From Callorhinchus milii (lineage: Eukaryota), in the NCBI RefSeq assembly GCF_018977255.1, contig NW_024704743.1:35528001-35592000 (forward strand): DNA of 64,000 nucleotides, read 5' to 3'. A model generated the notes under the pieces. That model saw only the letters and a list, made by a program, of their open reading frames with translations, was not told the DNA's origin and made no database searches. Both the position numbers and the translations under genes were made by a program. Below, piece after piece: positions 1-13,106 of the stretch. Numbering within the stretch: the stretch's first letter is position 1; each line of letters starts with the position of its first letter.

Positions 1-43
1 AAAGACGTCACTAGTGGTCAGAGTCCCATTCTGAAGGATGATA
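1..43 (-). CDS. F13A1: F13A1 exon 15, 5' part only (S)IILQNGTLTTSDVF...; continues beyond the window start
   Basis: Polypyrimidine acceptor tgctttttccattgcag| at 44-60. The phase fits exon 14, and the peptide aligns loosely with human REIRPNSTVQWEEV. Confidence 0.8.
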
Positions 44-435
44 CTGCAATGGAAAAAGCAGTTTATTGTGAGATAAAACAGATCTGATGGCCGCGCTTTC
101 AGTCACTACGCTCCGAAACTCGGGAACCCTCTCCCTCTATCTCTCAGCCTTGCCCTCTCCTTCACCACCTTCAGATTGTGCCTGAAGACCTTTCTCTTCG
201 ATCGTGCCTACAAGTCACTTGTCCCTTCCTTCAGCTCGGCGTCATACTCCGCCACTGTCAAGCTCTCTGAGACTCTACACTGCATGAGGGGCACTATATA
301 AATGCAAGATCTTCTTGCACACATCAACAAGAAGTTGCAAATATAATAATCAATCTTGGTTATAATCTAACATAGCCAAGGTTACTACAATTAAAACCAC
401 CCGGAACCTCTACCCAACCTTCTCTTAATTGGCCG

Positions 436-697
436 TGTGTCAGCCCAGCTTAGTTGGTAGCACTCTCTCCTCTGAGTCAGGAGTTTATAGATTCAAGCCT
501 CACATTGGGGCTTTGAACTTCATCTAGGCTGACACTCCCATGCAGCGTTCAGAGAATGTTGCATTGTTAGAGGTGTTGTCCTTCGAATGAAACAATAAAC
601 CAAGGCCCTGCCTGCCTGTTCATGTGGACATTAAAATCCCATTCGGAAAGAGAAGAGAATTTCTCCCTGGCTAACAATCTCCCAGATAAACCTGGTC
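436..697 (+). mobile_element. Old DeuSINE (SacSINE1/AmnSINE1-like). Related copies at ~5998-6415 (+), ~10985-11335 (-), ~19500-19710 (+), ~41185-41520 (-), ~42420-42815 (-)
   Basis: Body GGCTGACACT..GCAG..GCATTGT..GAGGTG..GTC.TTC..ATGA..TAAACC.AGGCCC recalled from DeuSINE consensus; mutual similarity of the copies is visible. Confidence 0.7.
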
Positions 698-1095
698 AGG
701 TTTGAATCCCAGTCTGTATTGAGTTAGCCAATCTCAGCCAGGCAGCAGTTTTGCTGGTACAATTGGCCTCAGTGCCCCGGGCTAGGGAAGAAGAGAAGTA
801 GACAAGCTTCCCGGAGCTGATCAATACTCACAGTCCTCTCTCCCCTAATGAACCTTTGTTCATGTGTAGACGACAACAACAAATTGCATTTACACATCAG
901 GAGGATGTTCCAAAGCGCAAGAGAGTCGAGGGTTTGCACCTATGCCTGGGGTTGGATTTGGGAAGGTGGGGGACTCAGACAACAACTGAGTATAGGGTTG
1001 AGCTCGGCTATGATGCCCTCTATGATCAAATAACCTGCCAGCAATCAATATCAAGGTGAACACATGAACAATGGCCACTTGGGTGAAGGCAACCA
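697..1095 (+). mobile_element. LF-SINE-like relic interrupted by an L2 tail fragment (~870-985)
   Basis: GAGTTAGCCAATCTCAGCC...TACAATTGGCCTCAGTGCCCCGGGCTAGGG and ...ACACATGAACAATGGCCACTTGGG resemble the LF-SINE consensus (recalled). Confidence 0.65.
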
Positions 1096-1511
1096 ACACT
1101 TGTGAAATTTTGTGTCAATAAATGGGAAAAGGAGTCAAAGTGCCTTTAGGAGAGCAGAAGGTATGAGGAGTTGAACTGTAAGATCTACCCACTATATACT
1201 GAAAAATCCCTAGGTTAACAGATTTCAACACTGTAAGAAAAAAAAATCCCATGCTGGCCAAATAATCATGAGTGGAAAAAGTCTCATATCCTCATTTTTT
1301 GCCCACTTCCANTTTTTTCATCCTCTAGAAAACAAGATGAGATTTTCCTGCCAGCTGGAAGCTCTTCAACAGATCAATAGGTCGTCTCTCACAGGCACAA
1401 GGTGATTCAGTCTAAGGGATGTAGTTAGTGCTGAGATTTCTGCAGCAGTAGCTATCTCATTCCCAGCAGTGACTGTTCAGACCTTGTTTGTTCAGAACTG
1501 ATGGCTCCTAC

Positions 1512-1648
1512 CTGAAAAACTTTATCTTTGGCTTCAACAAGCCCAAGCCCTCGAGGCGCAGAACCACATTCTCCAGATTTTGTTTGAGAGGGTTTGTAAA
1601 TTCAGTCACTAGGTTTACCTCCCTGCCAAACTGTGTCGGTCCTTCGAC
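1512..1648 (-). CDS. F13A1: F13A1 exon 14 (beta-barrel 2): VEGPTQFGREVNLVTEFTNPLKQNLENVVLRLEGLGLLKPKIKFF
   Basis: 137 nt; ttccag| and AG|GTAGGA; FTNPL motif. Confidence 0.95.
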
Positions 1649-1991
1649 CTGGAAAGACATCACAAAGGTAATTCTGGCAAGAATAAATACTGTTAATTCA
1701 AATTTCAATTTGCCTGCAATATTACCATTACACTAAATGTTATGGAGACATTAAATATCGCATAGCATTACTCAAAAACAGAAGGGAGTTTCGCCATGTG
1801 TCCTGGCCCCATGATCATTCACTCCATGGCTGTTGTGGGACATTGCTGTACATAAATTGTCCATCTCATTCATCCACAAACTACACAGTCAGTTTATACT
1901 TTACAAACTACACTTTACAGTATGTCCTTTGAAACACTTTGAGACGTCTTGACGACAAGGTAAGGCGCTACATCAAATTCAAGGCAAATTT

Positions 1992-2313
1992 GTGGAGTCC
2001 TGTAGCTCAGCGGTTAGAGCACTCGCTTTGCAAGCGAGAGACCTGAGTTCAATTCCAGGCGGCAAAACCTTGGGCAAGTTTCCTTACTCCACACGCCTAA
2101 TAATAATCCCTCCAAAAACCCAAAACAATAATAAATTGACCATTTTAAATCTACGACTGTTTGTGGGACATTGCTGTGCGCGATTGGCTGCCGCGTTCGC
2201 CCACAAATATATAATCAATTCACTTTACAGTGTGTTCTGTGAAGCGCTTTGGGACGTCCTCCCGACGTGAAAAGCACTATATCAAATGCAAGGATTATTA
2301 TTATTATTATTAT
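1992..2313 (+). mobile_element. tRNA(Ala-like)-headed SINE with Deu-type core and L2-like 3' tail, (TTA)n end; internally deleted subfamily
   Basis: A box TAGCTCAGCGG, anticodon arm CTCGC-TTTGCAA-GCGAG, B box GAGTTCAATTCC; core TGTGGGACATTGCTGTGCGC..TTGGCTGCCGCG; many copies in the window. Confidence 0.9.
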
Positions 2314-2649
2314 CAAGGCTTATATTATTATTATTACAAAAGTTTCCTTGGGCTTTAAATCACAGGCTGCTATACCTATAGGATCATAAAGTCATAAGAG
2401 AGGTGTGGATGCACATGACTCTTTTGTCTGATTTCATCTCTCTTGTCTAGAATACCCAACCTACCATTGCAGTATCAAACTGTTTCTTGACTGATGCTAC
2501 CCTGTCTGAGGGGAACTATATAAATGCAAGTTGTTGCCCTAGCCTCAATATAATAACCCGTTCCACCTGTTAAATTACTCCCTTTTGTAACTCCTAAAAT
2601 TGCTTTCACAGCCCTGAACTTGTGATCTCTTGTCCTGCTGCATGTATTG

Positions 2650-3310
2650 TTCTGGGTGATGCTTCACCTTACCCCACCTCTGCAACATTGCCCGGCTCCA
2701 TCACTGTCTCTTACCACAGGCCGCCGAGACCCTCATCCACACGTTCATTACATCCAGGCTCAACTATGCAAACTCCCTGCTTGTCGGTCTCCCCAACTCC
2801 TCCCTCTAGAGGCTGCAGATCATCTAGAACTTTGCATCCCGTGTCCCTTTCCCCCATCCTCGCCCAGCTCCTCTGGCTCCCCATCACACAGAGGATACAG
2901 GTCCTCATATTCAAAGCCCTACATGGCCTTGCTCCTCCCTAGCTCTGTGATCTCCTAACCCCTACCAACCTGTCCACTCCCTCCGCTCAGCAGGGTCCGG
3001 CTTGATTCATGTCCCCCACCTTGCCTACTCCACCATTGGTGGGCGGGCCTTCAGCCTTTCTGCCCCCAACCTCTGGAACTCCATAGTACAGTCCGTCTGC
3101 CTCACCCCCTCTCTTGCCTCCTTCAAGATCTGTTTCAAGACCTTCCTCTTCGACCGTGCCTTCGATCACTCTCCTCGTGTTACCCTCTCCACCCTCCACC
3201 TCTTCTGATCCCAACCACCAGCTCGGGTGCATATTCCTGACTGTCCAGCGCCTTATGACGTCCTCCTGACGTGAAAGGCGCTATACAATTGTAATTTGTC
3301 GTCGTTATTG
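2650..3310 (+). mobile_element. L2 LINE 3' fragment
   Basis: LLWLPITQRIQ..., GGRAFSLSAPNLWNS..FKTFLFDRAF, and the L2 tail. Confidence 0.88.
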
Positions 3311-4690
3311 TGCAATGTAATTTAGATGGGAAATAAGTAGGACAGTAGGATTAGATCAGGTGACTTACGTGGAACACCAACACATACCTGATGGGTCGAA
3401 TGGCCCATTTCTGTGCTGTAACACTATGAATCTGCTCTAAGAAAATTACACTAAAAGGTTTTCAAAACGTGTTACTGAAAAGGAAAACAGGTTTCATAAA
3501 CGCTCATCATTTTGGATGCTTGTGAAGTGCACGGTTTAAATCACAAATAAAAAAAGTACAGAAAATTGTACAGAAAGTTATTATAACCAGTTCATTTGTC
3601 ACAATCAGTAGGAGTTCCAGAACTGACAACCTAACGCCAAGACTGACACAACATACAAGTTTAATCTGTGCAGAGATACAATTAACTCAGTTTGGGATTG
3701 AGTGTGTTATTTTGCTATACTAATTTACCAGTATGTTTAAGAATATAATTTTTTGTTGGACATTATTGCCTCCACCCCTTTTCCTTATCTTCTTTCATCA
3801 CTCATGGACCATTATTCAGTCTTGTTCAGCTAAGAAAAAGGAACACTCTTGGGCATGGCATCTTCTACTGCATAAGACTGTTGTGTGGCACAATAGAAAA
3901 TGTATTCTACATGTTGTTCCCAATACTTTTACCTGCAATCTTGAAAACTGCAATGCTCTTGGGTAAGGTGCTTGATTTTGTCACCCAACAACCAGAAAAA
4001 CATAAGCATAGAGGAGTTTGACTAAAAATTGTAAGCAGGATTAAATGAATGTCTTCTAGTTTATTACCAAAGCTCTTCAACTTTTTATTAAAGTAATTGT
4101 ACTTGGGTTTAGATTGGAATGGAGGGGCCAGTGTTTATATACCATAATGAATAAAAACTGCAGAGGAGCTCCTTAAAACAAATCTGTACTTTCCTCGACT
4201 TTGAAGATAGCAATCTTATGTTTCATGGAGAGGTTCAAGGGACAATTCTTGGAAAGTTTGGAAATTTTTCAGACGTTACCAACCGAAAGGACATCTGACT
4301 CTCCTCTGATCCACAAATGAAAGGACCATGATTGTGTAAGTTTAGAATGTGAATATCCCATCATTAACTGATTTGTAAATGTACTAAGATTCTGAGAATC
4401 AGCAATCTAACTTCTCCATCCAGCTGCAGTTTTTGACTATGAAAAGATATAAACTGTATACTTTCCACCTCAAAGTGACTACCTTTTTTTTCTAGATTTG
4501 CTGCTGCACAGAGCTGGTCTCACTCTACATCTGCATGTATTTTATCAATGTTGGCAAACAGATGGTCTGTGGCTCACTCAGCAAATATTTTTTTCTGTGA
4601 CATTGGGATTTGGGTAAGAACACAAAACAAACAAGGCACACTTTTGCACCCGGTGCATAACCTCTCTTGATGCACATGGTCCACGGGACT

Positions 4691-5048
4691 GTGGGGTCCT
4701 GCAGTTCAGTGGTTAGAGCACTCGTCTCGCAAGCGAGAGACCTGGGTTTAATTCCCAGGCAGGGAGAAATGTTGGGCAAGTTTCCTTACTCCACACGCCT
4801 CTGTTTACCTAGCAGTAAGTAGGAACCCGGTTGTTAATCGATTGGTAGATCGCTTCTCCAGAGATAATAATCCCTCAAAATAAAACAGTAAAATGTAATA
4901 TTATTAATTATTAATAATTATTAATAATATTAAGTCACTCAGTCCACGACTGTTTGTGGGGCACTGCTGTGCGCAATTGGCTGCCACGTTTCGCCCACAA
5001 ATAATCAATATGAAAAGTGCTATATCCAATGCAAGGATTATTATTATT
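4691..5048 (+). mobile_element. tRNA-derived Deu-type SINE
   Basis: Same head, core and tail as 1992-2313. Confidence 0.88.
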
Positions 5049-5677
5049 GGCATCCAAAAAGTATTCTAGCACCAGCACCACAGTATGCGAACATAGCAGG
5101 ATCACCTGCATTGGAAATAATGTCCCTTCTAGGTCGTCCCCTGGTTATATAGATTCACAAGATATTGGCAATGACCCGAGTTATCATTGGAGCAAAATGC
5201 TCACCAGTCTGTGTGCTATATAGGGGACACCTATGTTGACCACAAAACTGCAGGTGGACAGAGAAGTTAGAATGCTTTTTCAGATGTCAATGTGCAAGTT
5301 TCCCTTTCTCTGCAAACCTTTCCTCATCCACTATACCCTGACATTTAATACGTACCCCCAGCTTTTCTGGAACACTATTTTTTTCACATTCTTTCTCTCT
5401 CACCTCCTCTATCAAATTTTTCCTCTCCCTCATTCTCTCTCTCATTTTCTCTCCCTGATTTTATATATAACCCCCATCCCCACTGAACACACTACTCAAC
5501 ACAAATATGATAAAACTGGAAATACTATTTGATCAAGTCATGATGTTACAACAGCAACATAAGCGAACAAAAGGCACTCAGCAGAAATCTTAAAAAAATA
5601 TTAGCTATCAGCTATTTCACTGTTTGTCAGTAAGGTTTGGCCTTCCACACTGCGTTCAAGCTCCATACATCACTGAC

Positions 5678-5838
5678 CTTCATCCTTAACATTGGGATCT
5701 GCAGAGCTATAATTTTCTTGGCAACAAGAATCTGTTCATTTTCTTTCACACGTCCAGTGATGAGGAAGCTCAGGGTAGACTGTTCAACAAGGCGATTCAC
5801 ATAATCCTTTGGTTTGATTTTCACTTGTGCCTGTTGCA
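5678..5838 (-). CDS. F13A1: F13A1 exon 13: VQQAQVKIKPKDYVNRLVEQSTLSFLITGRVKENEQILVAKKIIALQIPMLRMK
   Basis: 161 nt; ttccag| and AAG|GTCAGT. Confidence 0.94.
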
Positions 5839-7148
5839 CTGGAAGACACAGGTTAATAACAATCTTTTGGGTATAAGGTTTTTAAAAATCCACTTGTTTT
5901 GCGTAGATTTTTGTAAAAAAACTAACAGCATTATGAATTCCTTCACAAAAATTGAGATGTATTCTTTGTTTCACATTGTTCAGTTTCATCATTTAATTCA
6001 GCCTGACTCAGTTGGTAGCATCTTAACCTTTGAGTCAGAGGGTGTTGATTCCAACCCCACGTCAGGTCTTGCAACTCATATAGTCTAAGCTGACACTACA
6101 ATGCAGTGCAGGAATGTGCTGCATTGTCGAACATGCCATTTTTTGGATAAGGCATTAAACCGAGGCTCTGTCTACCTGTTCAGGTGAACGATAAAGATCC
6201 CATGGAGAGAGAAGGGAATTTTCCCTGGTGTCCTGGCCAACTATCCCCCAAATAAACTTGATCACTTACTCAATGTTTTTTTTTTTGGACATTGTTATGC
6301 GCAAATTGGCTGCCACATTTGTCCACAAAATGTACAGTCACTCCACTTTACAAAATATCCTGTGAAGCCCTTCGGGACGTCCTCCTGACATGAAAGGCGC
6401 TATACCAAGTGAAACCTAGAACAAGTTTTCATTCTAGCCATATTTGCTGGCAACGATGAAAACTGGATTGGTGATTCAAGCGGCAAGAGATGACAATAAA
6501 CAGACAAGGCTCTGTACATGGGGGACAGGGACATTTTGAGTTCATAATAATTAATAATCCCAACTGATCTCATCCTTACAGAAAGCCAAACCGACCGTCT
6601 TCCCATTACAATGTCAAGATATGGAATCAAAGCAGTTAAAATAATTAGCCTGACCTTCACAATGATGTTATGAGATAATTTAACCTTTTAGGAAGAAGTA
6701 TAATTAAAATAGAAAGTGTGAGCTCGAAATTCCAGCTAGCCTTAGGCTGTAAATGTAAAGCCATTTTGTTTTAAAATTCAAGATCCAGCAGAATGGTGAA
6801 ACATTGGGAATTTAACCTCAATTTAAAAAAGCTGGTTCTTTCTTAGGTGTTCAAAATTGTAAGGGTTGTCATAAGGTAAATAATGATTACTTGCTTCCAA
6901 TGGTTGGTGAGTCAATAACTTTAGGGCATAAACTTAAGATCACCACCATAACCTCATTCTACTCTGAAAATTTCTACAACATTACGGATCTATGAACTGC
7001 AGAAACCTAGCTTCCAAATTAAGATTGAATTTAAAATGTTTCCACAGTTTTGCCCAATTTTAACGTTTAAGAAAGAGTTGTACAGAGCTAAGACGAGGTA
7101 TAATTTGGGGCCTCGCTGTTGAATACTGGACAGAATGTTTTGTCTTAC

Positions 7149-7430
7149 CCTGATGAGGCTCCACAAACACTTTGAGTGTCTGATCTATAAAATTGGAGTT
7201 TGGGACTCCTGTGTAGAAGTCAACACTGCCACTGAGTTGAACAGTAACAGTTCTCTTTTCATCACTGTTGTTTTTGAATTCCAAACTGATGACAAAACCT
7301 GTGCCAATTAAAATCTTTTCTTCCACCTGCACACGCAGTGATACATCCATCGGCTTGGCAATTACTTTTTTCTCCTTTTTAACACCATACTGTATTGCCG
7401 ACTCCTGTGCCCTTTTGTCATTACTGCTGC
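7149..7430 (-). CDS. F13A1: F13A1 exon 12: GSSNDKRAQESAIQYG...FKNNS...DFYTGVP...VEPHQ (core end / beta-barrel 1)
   Basis: 282 nt; ctgcag| and G|GTAAGA; FYTGV motif. Confidence 0.95.
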
Positions 7431-8204
7431 CTGCAGACATAAGACAAGGAAGATAAGTGGCGCTGCGCAAATTCATTTTATTCTGCCGAGTAACTGGAAA
7501 ACATGCGACATAACATGGGGGAGGAATGAGGAACTTGATGTGATACTGCAGTTATTGGATGGACAGAACACAAGATTAAAACAGGTGCTTAAAATCTGTC
7601 CTTAACAACAGGTTTCAGATTAAATACTACCCCACCCCCCAACTTCAAGAGAATGTTTTTTTGTCCCACTAACGACTTAATTTCAACAACATGTTTTGTC
7701 AGCAAGCAACGACCCCAGAATTCCTGGCTGTGGAAACAGTGATTCAAAGCTGCTTCACCGGATATCGGATTAAAATTAATGACTCAGTTGCAGTACTGCA
7801 TTGACTGACTGACACCAAGCATTAGAGGAGCAATTTGCCTTACTATAACACATATCAAGAAAACTGTGACACACTTCACCAGCATTTCACAAAGTGAAAA
7901 CGATACAGGAGCCTGTATGATGTTAACATTTGATTATGTAATCCAATGTCATGCTGCAGCTCCCCCTAATGACCTCGCTGGGTAAAGACCTGGCACAGCA
8001 CAGACCTGAGGTTCAGAATTTCAGTTAATCGTAGGCAAAAAATAGTACAGAATTGTAGAACAATCTTCATTTGGAAGCTTTATTTTTTTAAAAAAGAATT
8101 TCCGTACTGCAGAGAACCGACTTCTTAATTAAGACCAATTTAAGAAGTGTCTTTAAAGCTAAGACAAAGTGGAATTTCATGCCCCAAAAGGTTGCCACTT
8201 TGAT

Positions 8205-8395
8205 TTATGTAGCTGATTTCAACTGCGACACCCTTACTGAGCTGTGGAGGGGAATATCAACCAGGGCTCCCACTCCAGATTCTTATCCAGAATCTCTGCA
8301 GCAAAGGTGACGTAAGGACATCGAGTGAGGACAGGATCAGGGATGGCCGGGATGTCATGCTCTCACAGTGATTGAAAACCCAGCAATGCTCAAAT
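8205..8395 (+). mobile_element. LF-SINE-like fragment (others at ~35500-35600 + and ~59803-59960 -)
   Basis: GGAGGGGAATATCAACCAGGGCTCCCACTCCAGAT...GTGAGGACAGGATCAGG. Confidence 0.6.
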
Positions 8396-9986
8396 ACGAG
8401 CAATATCGACAGATATTACTACAGCAATTCATCTGTATCAGCAATGTCTAACTATTTTTTGTATTTTATTTGGATGAGAAAGGAATACTGTCCAGTGCAC
8501 CGGGAGAACTCCTTGCTTCTCTTTGAAGTAGTGCCATGAAATCTTTAATATACAATACAATTAACATTTATATAGAACATTTCATGTCAAGAAGACATCT
8601 CAAAACGCTTGACAATGCTAGATGGGCACCCAAGCTGGGGGCAGCAGCTGAGTGGCAATGGGAGAGGTGGGGGAGAGAAAATGAGCAAAAGCAAGGTCAA
8701 CAGCCCCTGAATCATCAGAACAGACGAGACCTTGGTTTAACGTTACTTTTGAAAGATTGATGGCAGTCAGGTTTGAAGGTAAAGATGCAGTGTAAGACAT
8801 ATTTAAGCCAGCTACTTGGTTAGCTCATTGCATCAAGTGATTAACACTAAATGATCTGCCCAGAACAAATGGTAAAAAAGGCGACGGACTTGAGTTTTGA
8901 CAGGCTGGATTTGCAGCCAATGAAAAGGTAAAAGTTCGATAATTGACAATAGATATAACCCTGTCAGTATCTGGTGCAATTTTCAATTGCAAAGTCTCCA
9001 AGTGGCAAGCTCAAGTTGGATATTGACAGAAGATTGCAAGGGCACAAAGTTCCACCTCATCTTAGTCTGTATGACCAGTTTTAAAATTTAAGTTTTTTCA
9101 GAATTGTGGAAAATTTTTAAATTCAGCCTTCATTTGGAACTTTTTAAGAACTGCAGAAAATGGCTTACAAATGAAATTCTTACACTTTTAGAAAAAAAAT
9201 GGACTTAGGCAAAGTGAGATTTCAGAAAGTCAGACTCCTGGTTGGACAAAACAGGGAGAAAATACCTTTGAATATTTTTAGTATTTATTCCCTGGCCCAC
9301 AATGTTTTCACCTTATTTTCAGTCAGTGACTTTGCTGCATCAGTGTTAACGGTAAGATCATGAGTTTTCTCTTATTCAATAGTCCATCACCCCACAAGCC
9401 CTAGTTTCTGTGACAGAACTTTGGAGTCTTACTCTGTTTTCTTTGTGCGGACATTTGCACTAATGAATAATGTCGAGCACTGCTCAAAATATCTGGCTAT
9501 TGCTGAGGAGTGTTATTGAGCTTGAAATAAGTCCCATTTCTTATGGTATTCAACTGCTGGTGCTAAATGGGTGTTTGAGCTATAGTAGAACACCACAAGA
9601 TTCAAAGTTAGAAAGAATATGAGGGCAAGGGAGAGAAAGTGAGAACGAGAAGGGCTCTCACAGTACTGTCACTGTCTGAAAGTATAACTGTTGATGGTCT
9701 TTGGTTAGCACTGTAACTAATTTGTATTTCGCATGATGATCCATTGTTTCTATACCCATAATGAGGCCAGTCCCAATCGGTGCAGATAATGGGTTTTCTT
9801 TTGTATTTTTATAGCCGTTAAGTATTGCAAAAGTTCCTCAATTCTCCAAAAGGAGAATAAAACTAACCTTGTGCAAATACCATCTCATTGCCTCTGGTAA
9901 ATTAAACACAGTAGTGCTCCTGCATACCTGAAGTTAAATTTCCTTCATTTTTAAACTTATCAAACCACCTCCACCTATTCACTCAC

Positions 9987-10140
9987 CTTCTGGGAACTTA
10001 TACTGCTCTGTGATGTTTTCCTCTAATTCAGTCCCAATCTTCTGTGTCAAAATTAATTTTCCAACCTGATCAGTCTTTACATCAGCTTTAGTCAAGGTCC
10101 CATCCTTATGTCTAGTCCAATAGATTACATCGCTGTTTAC
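9987..10140 (-). CDS. F13A1: F13A1 exon 11: VNSDVIYWTRHKDG...VGKLILTQKIG...ENITEQYKFPE
   Basis: 154 nt; tttaag| and G|GTGAGT. Confidence 0.96.
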
Positions 10141-11394
10141 CTTAAAACAGAAAAAAAGCACATTTACTTCCAATAATTATAAAACTTGCAGCGCGAGGGG
10201 ATAGATCTGAATTCTGCAGATCCCATTGATGATATAAAGAACACTGAATGTCTTACTATCTTGTAATTCATCTATTTAGTAATAAATCCATTTCATGTCA
10301 ATTAGATATTTTTCCTCTTGGCATTTCAGTAATATCACTTTCTAATCACACCAGGTAATTCTCATGCAGTTGAGATGACCTTAATATTGTGGTAGGGGGC
10401 CACTTGAGCTTTAAAACTCACCCTATAATAAGAGGCTGGAGAGAGGTGAAAATGGCGCCAAAGAAAAGGAGCAGTTTGACACACAGTTTAATTGTTATGT
10501 GCGTGATTTAGAGTTGAGGATATTTAGTGGTGATGCTGAAATACTGGGAAAGCTTGTTCAGAACCAAGCAATAACAAGCTCCACTCTATAGAACATAAAA
10601 ATCCCTGAGAGCACACTGTAAATAATCAATACAGTCTGCAAAACATGATCTTAAAGGAACAAAAGGAAAAGATTAGGGTGTGGAAGATAAAAAGTTTCGG
10701 AATGAAACCAGGAGTAGAACAATTCCATTAAACTGGAATCGCTTTGAGACATCTCGAAGACATAAGACACTAAGAAATGCATAAGAAATAAGAACGTCAT
10801 AAGAAATGCAAGGACTATTATTAATAAACCTTCACGAGATCTGTTCAGATCAAGAAAGCCCTTCAACCCATTTAATCTCATCCTTCCAGAATACCCACCC
10901 TTCCATCCTCTAATCACAGTATCAAGTTACAGATAGCTGAGGTTAAGGGCTCCATAGGGGCTATTTGGCTGCTCACAGAAAATAATAATATAATCCTTCC
11001 ATTTGATATAGCACCTTATGAATTCATCAAGGCATCTCAAAGCACTTCACAGGATTATAATGTATAGCTGATGTGACTGGGTATTTTGTGGACGAATGTA
11101 GCAGCCAATTTGCACATAGCAATGTCACACAAACAGCCATGAAGCAAATGACCAATTTTTATTTAGAAGATTGTTGGCCAGGACACCAGAGGAAATTCCC
11201 AACTCTTTTTAAATAGTTCCAGGGGATCTTTAACATCCACCTAGACAGACAAGATCTTAGTTTAATGTCTCATTTGAAGAACGGCACATCTGATAATGCA
11301 GCGCATCCCCAGCTCTGCATTGGAGTGTCAACCATGGGTTCCAAGTCGATGTGAGGATACAGTGAAAAGTGACTGATTGCTATGTTGATTACTG

Positions 11395-12105
11395 AACAAC
11401 AACAATTTGTATTTATATAGCGCCCTTCACGTGGGGTAGCATCCCAGAGTGCTGTACAGTGGCGGAGTCTGACAACAAGCCAGGGAGAGAGGGAGGGGGC
11501 AGGTGACCATAAGCACGATCGAAGAGGAAGGTCTTTAGGCGGGATCTAAAGGAGGGGAGGGAGGCGGCAAGGTGGAGGGATTGAGGGAGAGAGTTCCAGA
11601 GTTTCGGGGCATAGTGACTGAAGACACGGCCACCAATGGTGGAACGGAGGGCATGAGGGACAAAGGCGAGATCAGAGCCAGTCAAGCGGAGGCAGCGGGT
11701 GGTGGAATGGGGGGCTAAGCAGGTTGGATAGGTAGGGAGGTGCGAGGGCATAAAGGGATTTGAAAATGAGTGAGAGGATCTTGAAATCGATCCGTTGGTG
11801 ATTGGGAGCCAGTGAAGCCTGGCAACGACTGGTGTGATGGGGCTAAGGAGTTTTGTGCTGGTGAGAATCCGGGTGGCAGAGTTTTGAATTAATTAGATTT
11901 TGTGTATGGTGCATCTGGGGAGACCAGCGAGGAGGGCATTGGAATAGTCCAGGCAGGAAGTGACTAAGTCATGGACGAGGGTTTCAGCTGCATTGGTTGT
12001 GAGGTACAGACGGAGGTGGGCAATGTGGCGGAGGTGGAAAAAAGTGGTCCTGGTCAGGGAACAGATGTGTGGTAGAAAGGGAAGCTAGGGATCAAACCCG
12101 ATGCC
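11395..12105 (-). mobile_element. L2 LINE 3' fragment
   Basis: GGRVFSHYAPKLWNSLP..LKTFLFDRAY; (TTG)n tail. Confidence 0.9.
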
Positions 12106-12445
12106 TGCTTAATAAGCCATTAACAATCCCAAATAGGGTGTTTAGCCTTTCTGCTGAGCAAACATCTTTTGCTGGAATTCAAAGGTTGGAATATCAGGAG
12201 TTGTACAGTATTGTACATTAATACTATGTCTCACCCACTAATTCCTTGGCATTAAAAGCATCTAATCTATATTTATATTTTAAAGGTAAACTAGCATTCA
12301 CTGTGCATTTTTCAATAAATTTATCNAAAAAACACAGGTGAACTAAATATTTACCAACAGCATTAAATGTGTCTCGGGATCTCATTACATTTACTTATGT
12401 TTATCGTATAAATCTGCAGGTCAACAGCCAGTAGTCTCCACATAC

Positions 12446-12534
12446 CTCAGCATAAATGTAAGGAGCATCGAATGGAAAGAAAACTTGACCATGTTTTATG
12501 GCGAGAACAGATGCTGGCCCACACCTAAACATGC
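12446..12534 (-). CDS. F13A1: F13A1 exon 10: [30 protein letters not shown]
   Basis: 89 nt, hand-translated; ttttag| and GAG|GTATGT; CGPASV motif. Confidence 0.97.
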
Positions 12535-13002
12535 CTAAAACAAAGAAGACATTAATCCTTAGAAAAGGTACACTTTACTGGAAAGTTATTTATCCAGAGC
12601 TCATTTTTGCTATAATAAAATATCTTTGCACTTGTCGATATGAAAGTAACTTTGATGATAACTGTAAGTGAACTGAATTCACTTATCCTTGAACCACAAT
12701 CAGCCTGAAATTTGCCTCATTTTAGCCAATAATAGTAATAATTATAATAATAATTTAGCCTTCAAATTGTATGACTGCGCAGAACAGTTGACAAATCTGA
12801 AATTCTTAATTTGGAAGCTGCATCTTTTTGTGAACCACAGAGAATCGGCTGTCAAATTAAGATTGACTTTTTAAATTTTCCACAGTCGGTGCAATCTTAA
12901 TAATTTAAAGCAAAATGATCTTACAGGCTAAGACAAGTTGTGGCTTGCATTCTATTTCACAGACATGGACTAAATCTCTCAGATTGGTGTTTGATTACTC
13001 AC

Positions 13003-13106
13003 CTCCACTAGTTTCTTGAGGTGTGGCATCGACCGCTTGCCATCCACCATAACCAGGCGGAAGATCTGCTCTGCTCATCCAACATTCATTCCAGCAATGG
13101 TAATTC
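13003..13106 (-). CDS. F13A1: F13A1 exon 9 with catalytic His and Asp: [35 protein letters not shown]
   Basis: 104 nt; aactag| and G|GTGAGT; His codon 13097-13099, Asp codon 13028-13030. Confidence 0.98.

Noticed and set aside
1992..2065. tRNA-Ala-like sequence (also at the heads of the other SINE copies)
   Set aside because: It lacks a proper acceptor stem and runs straight into the SINE body, so it is a SINE head and not a tRNA gene.
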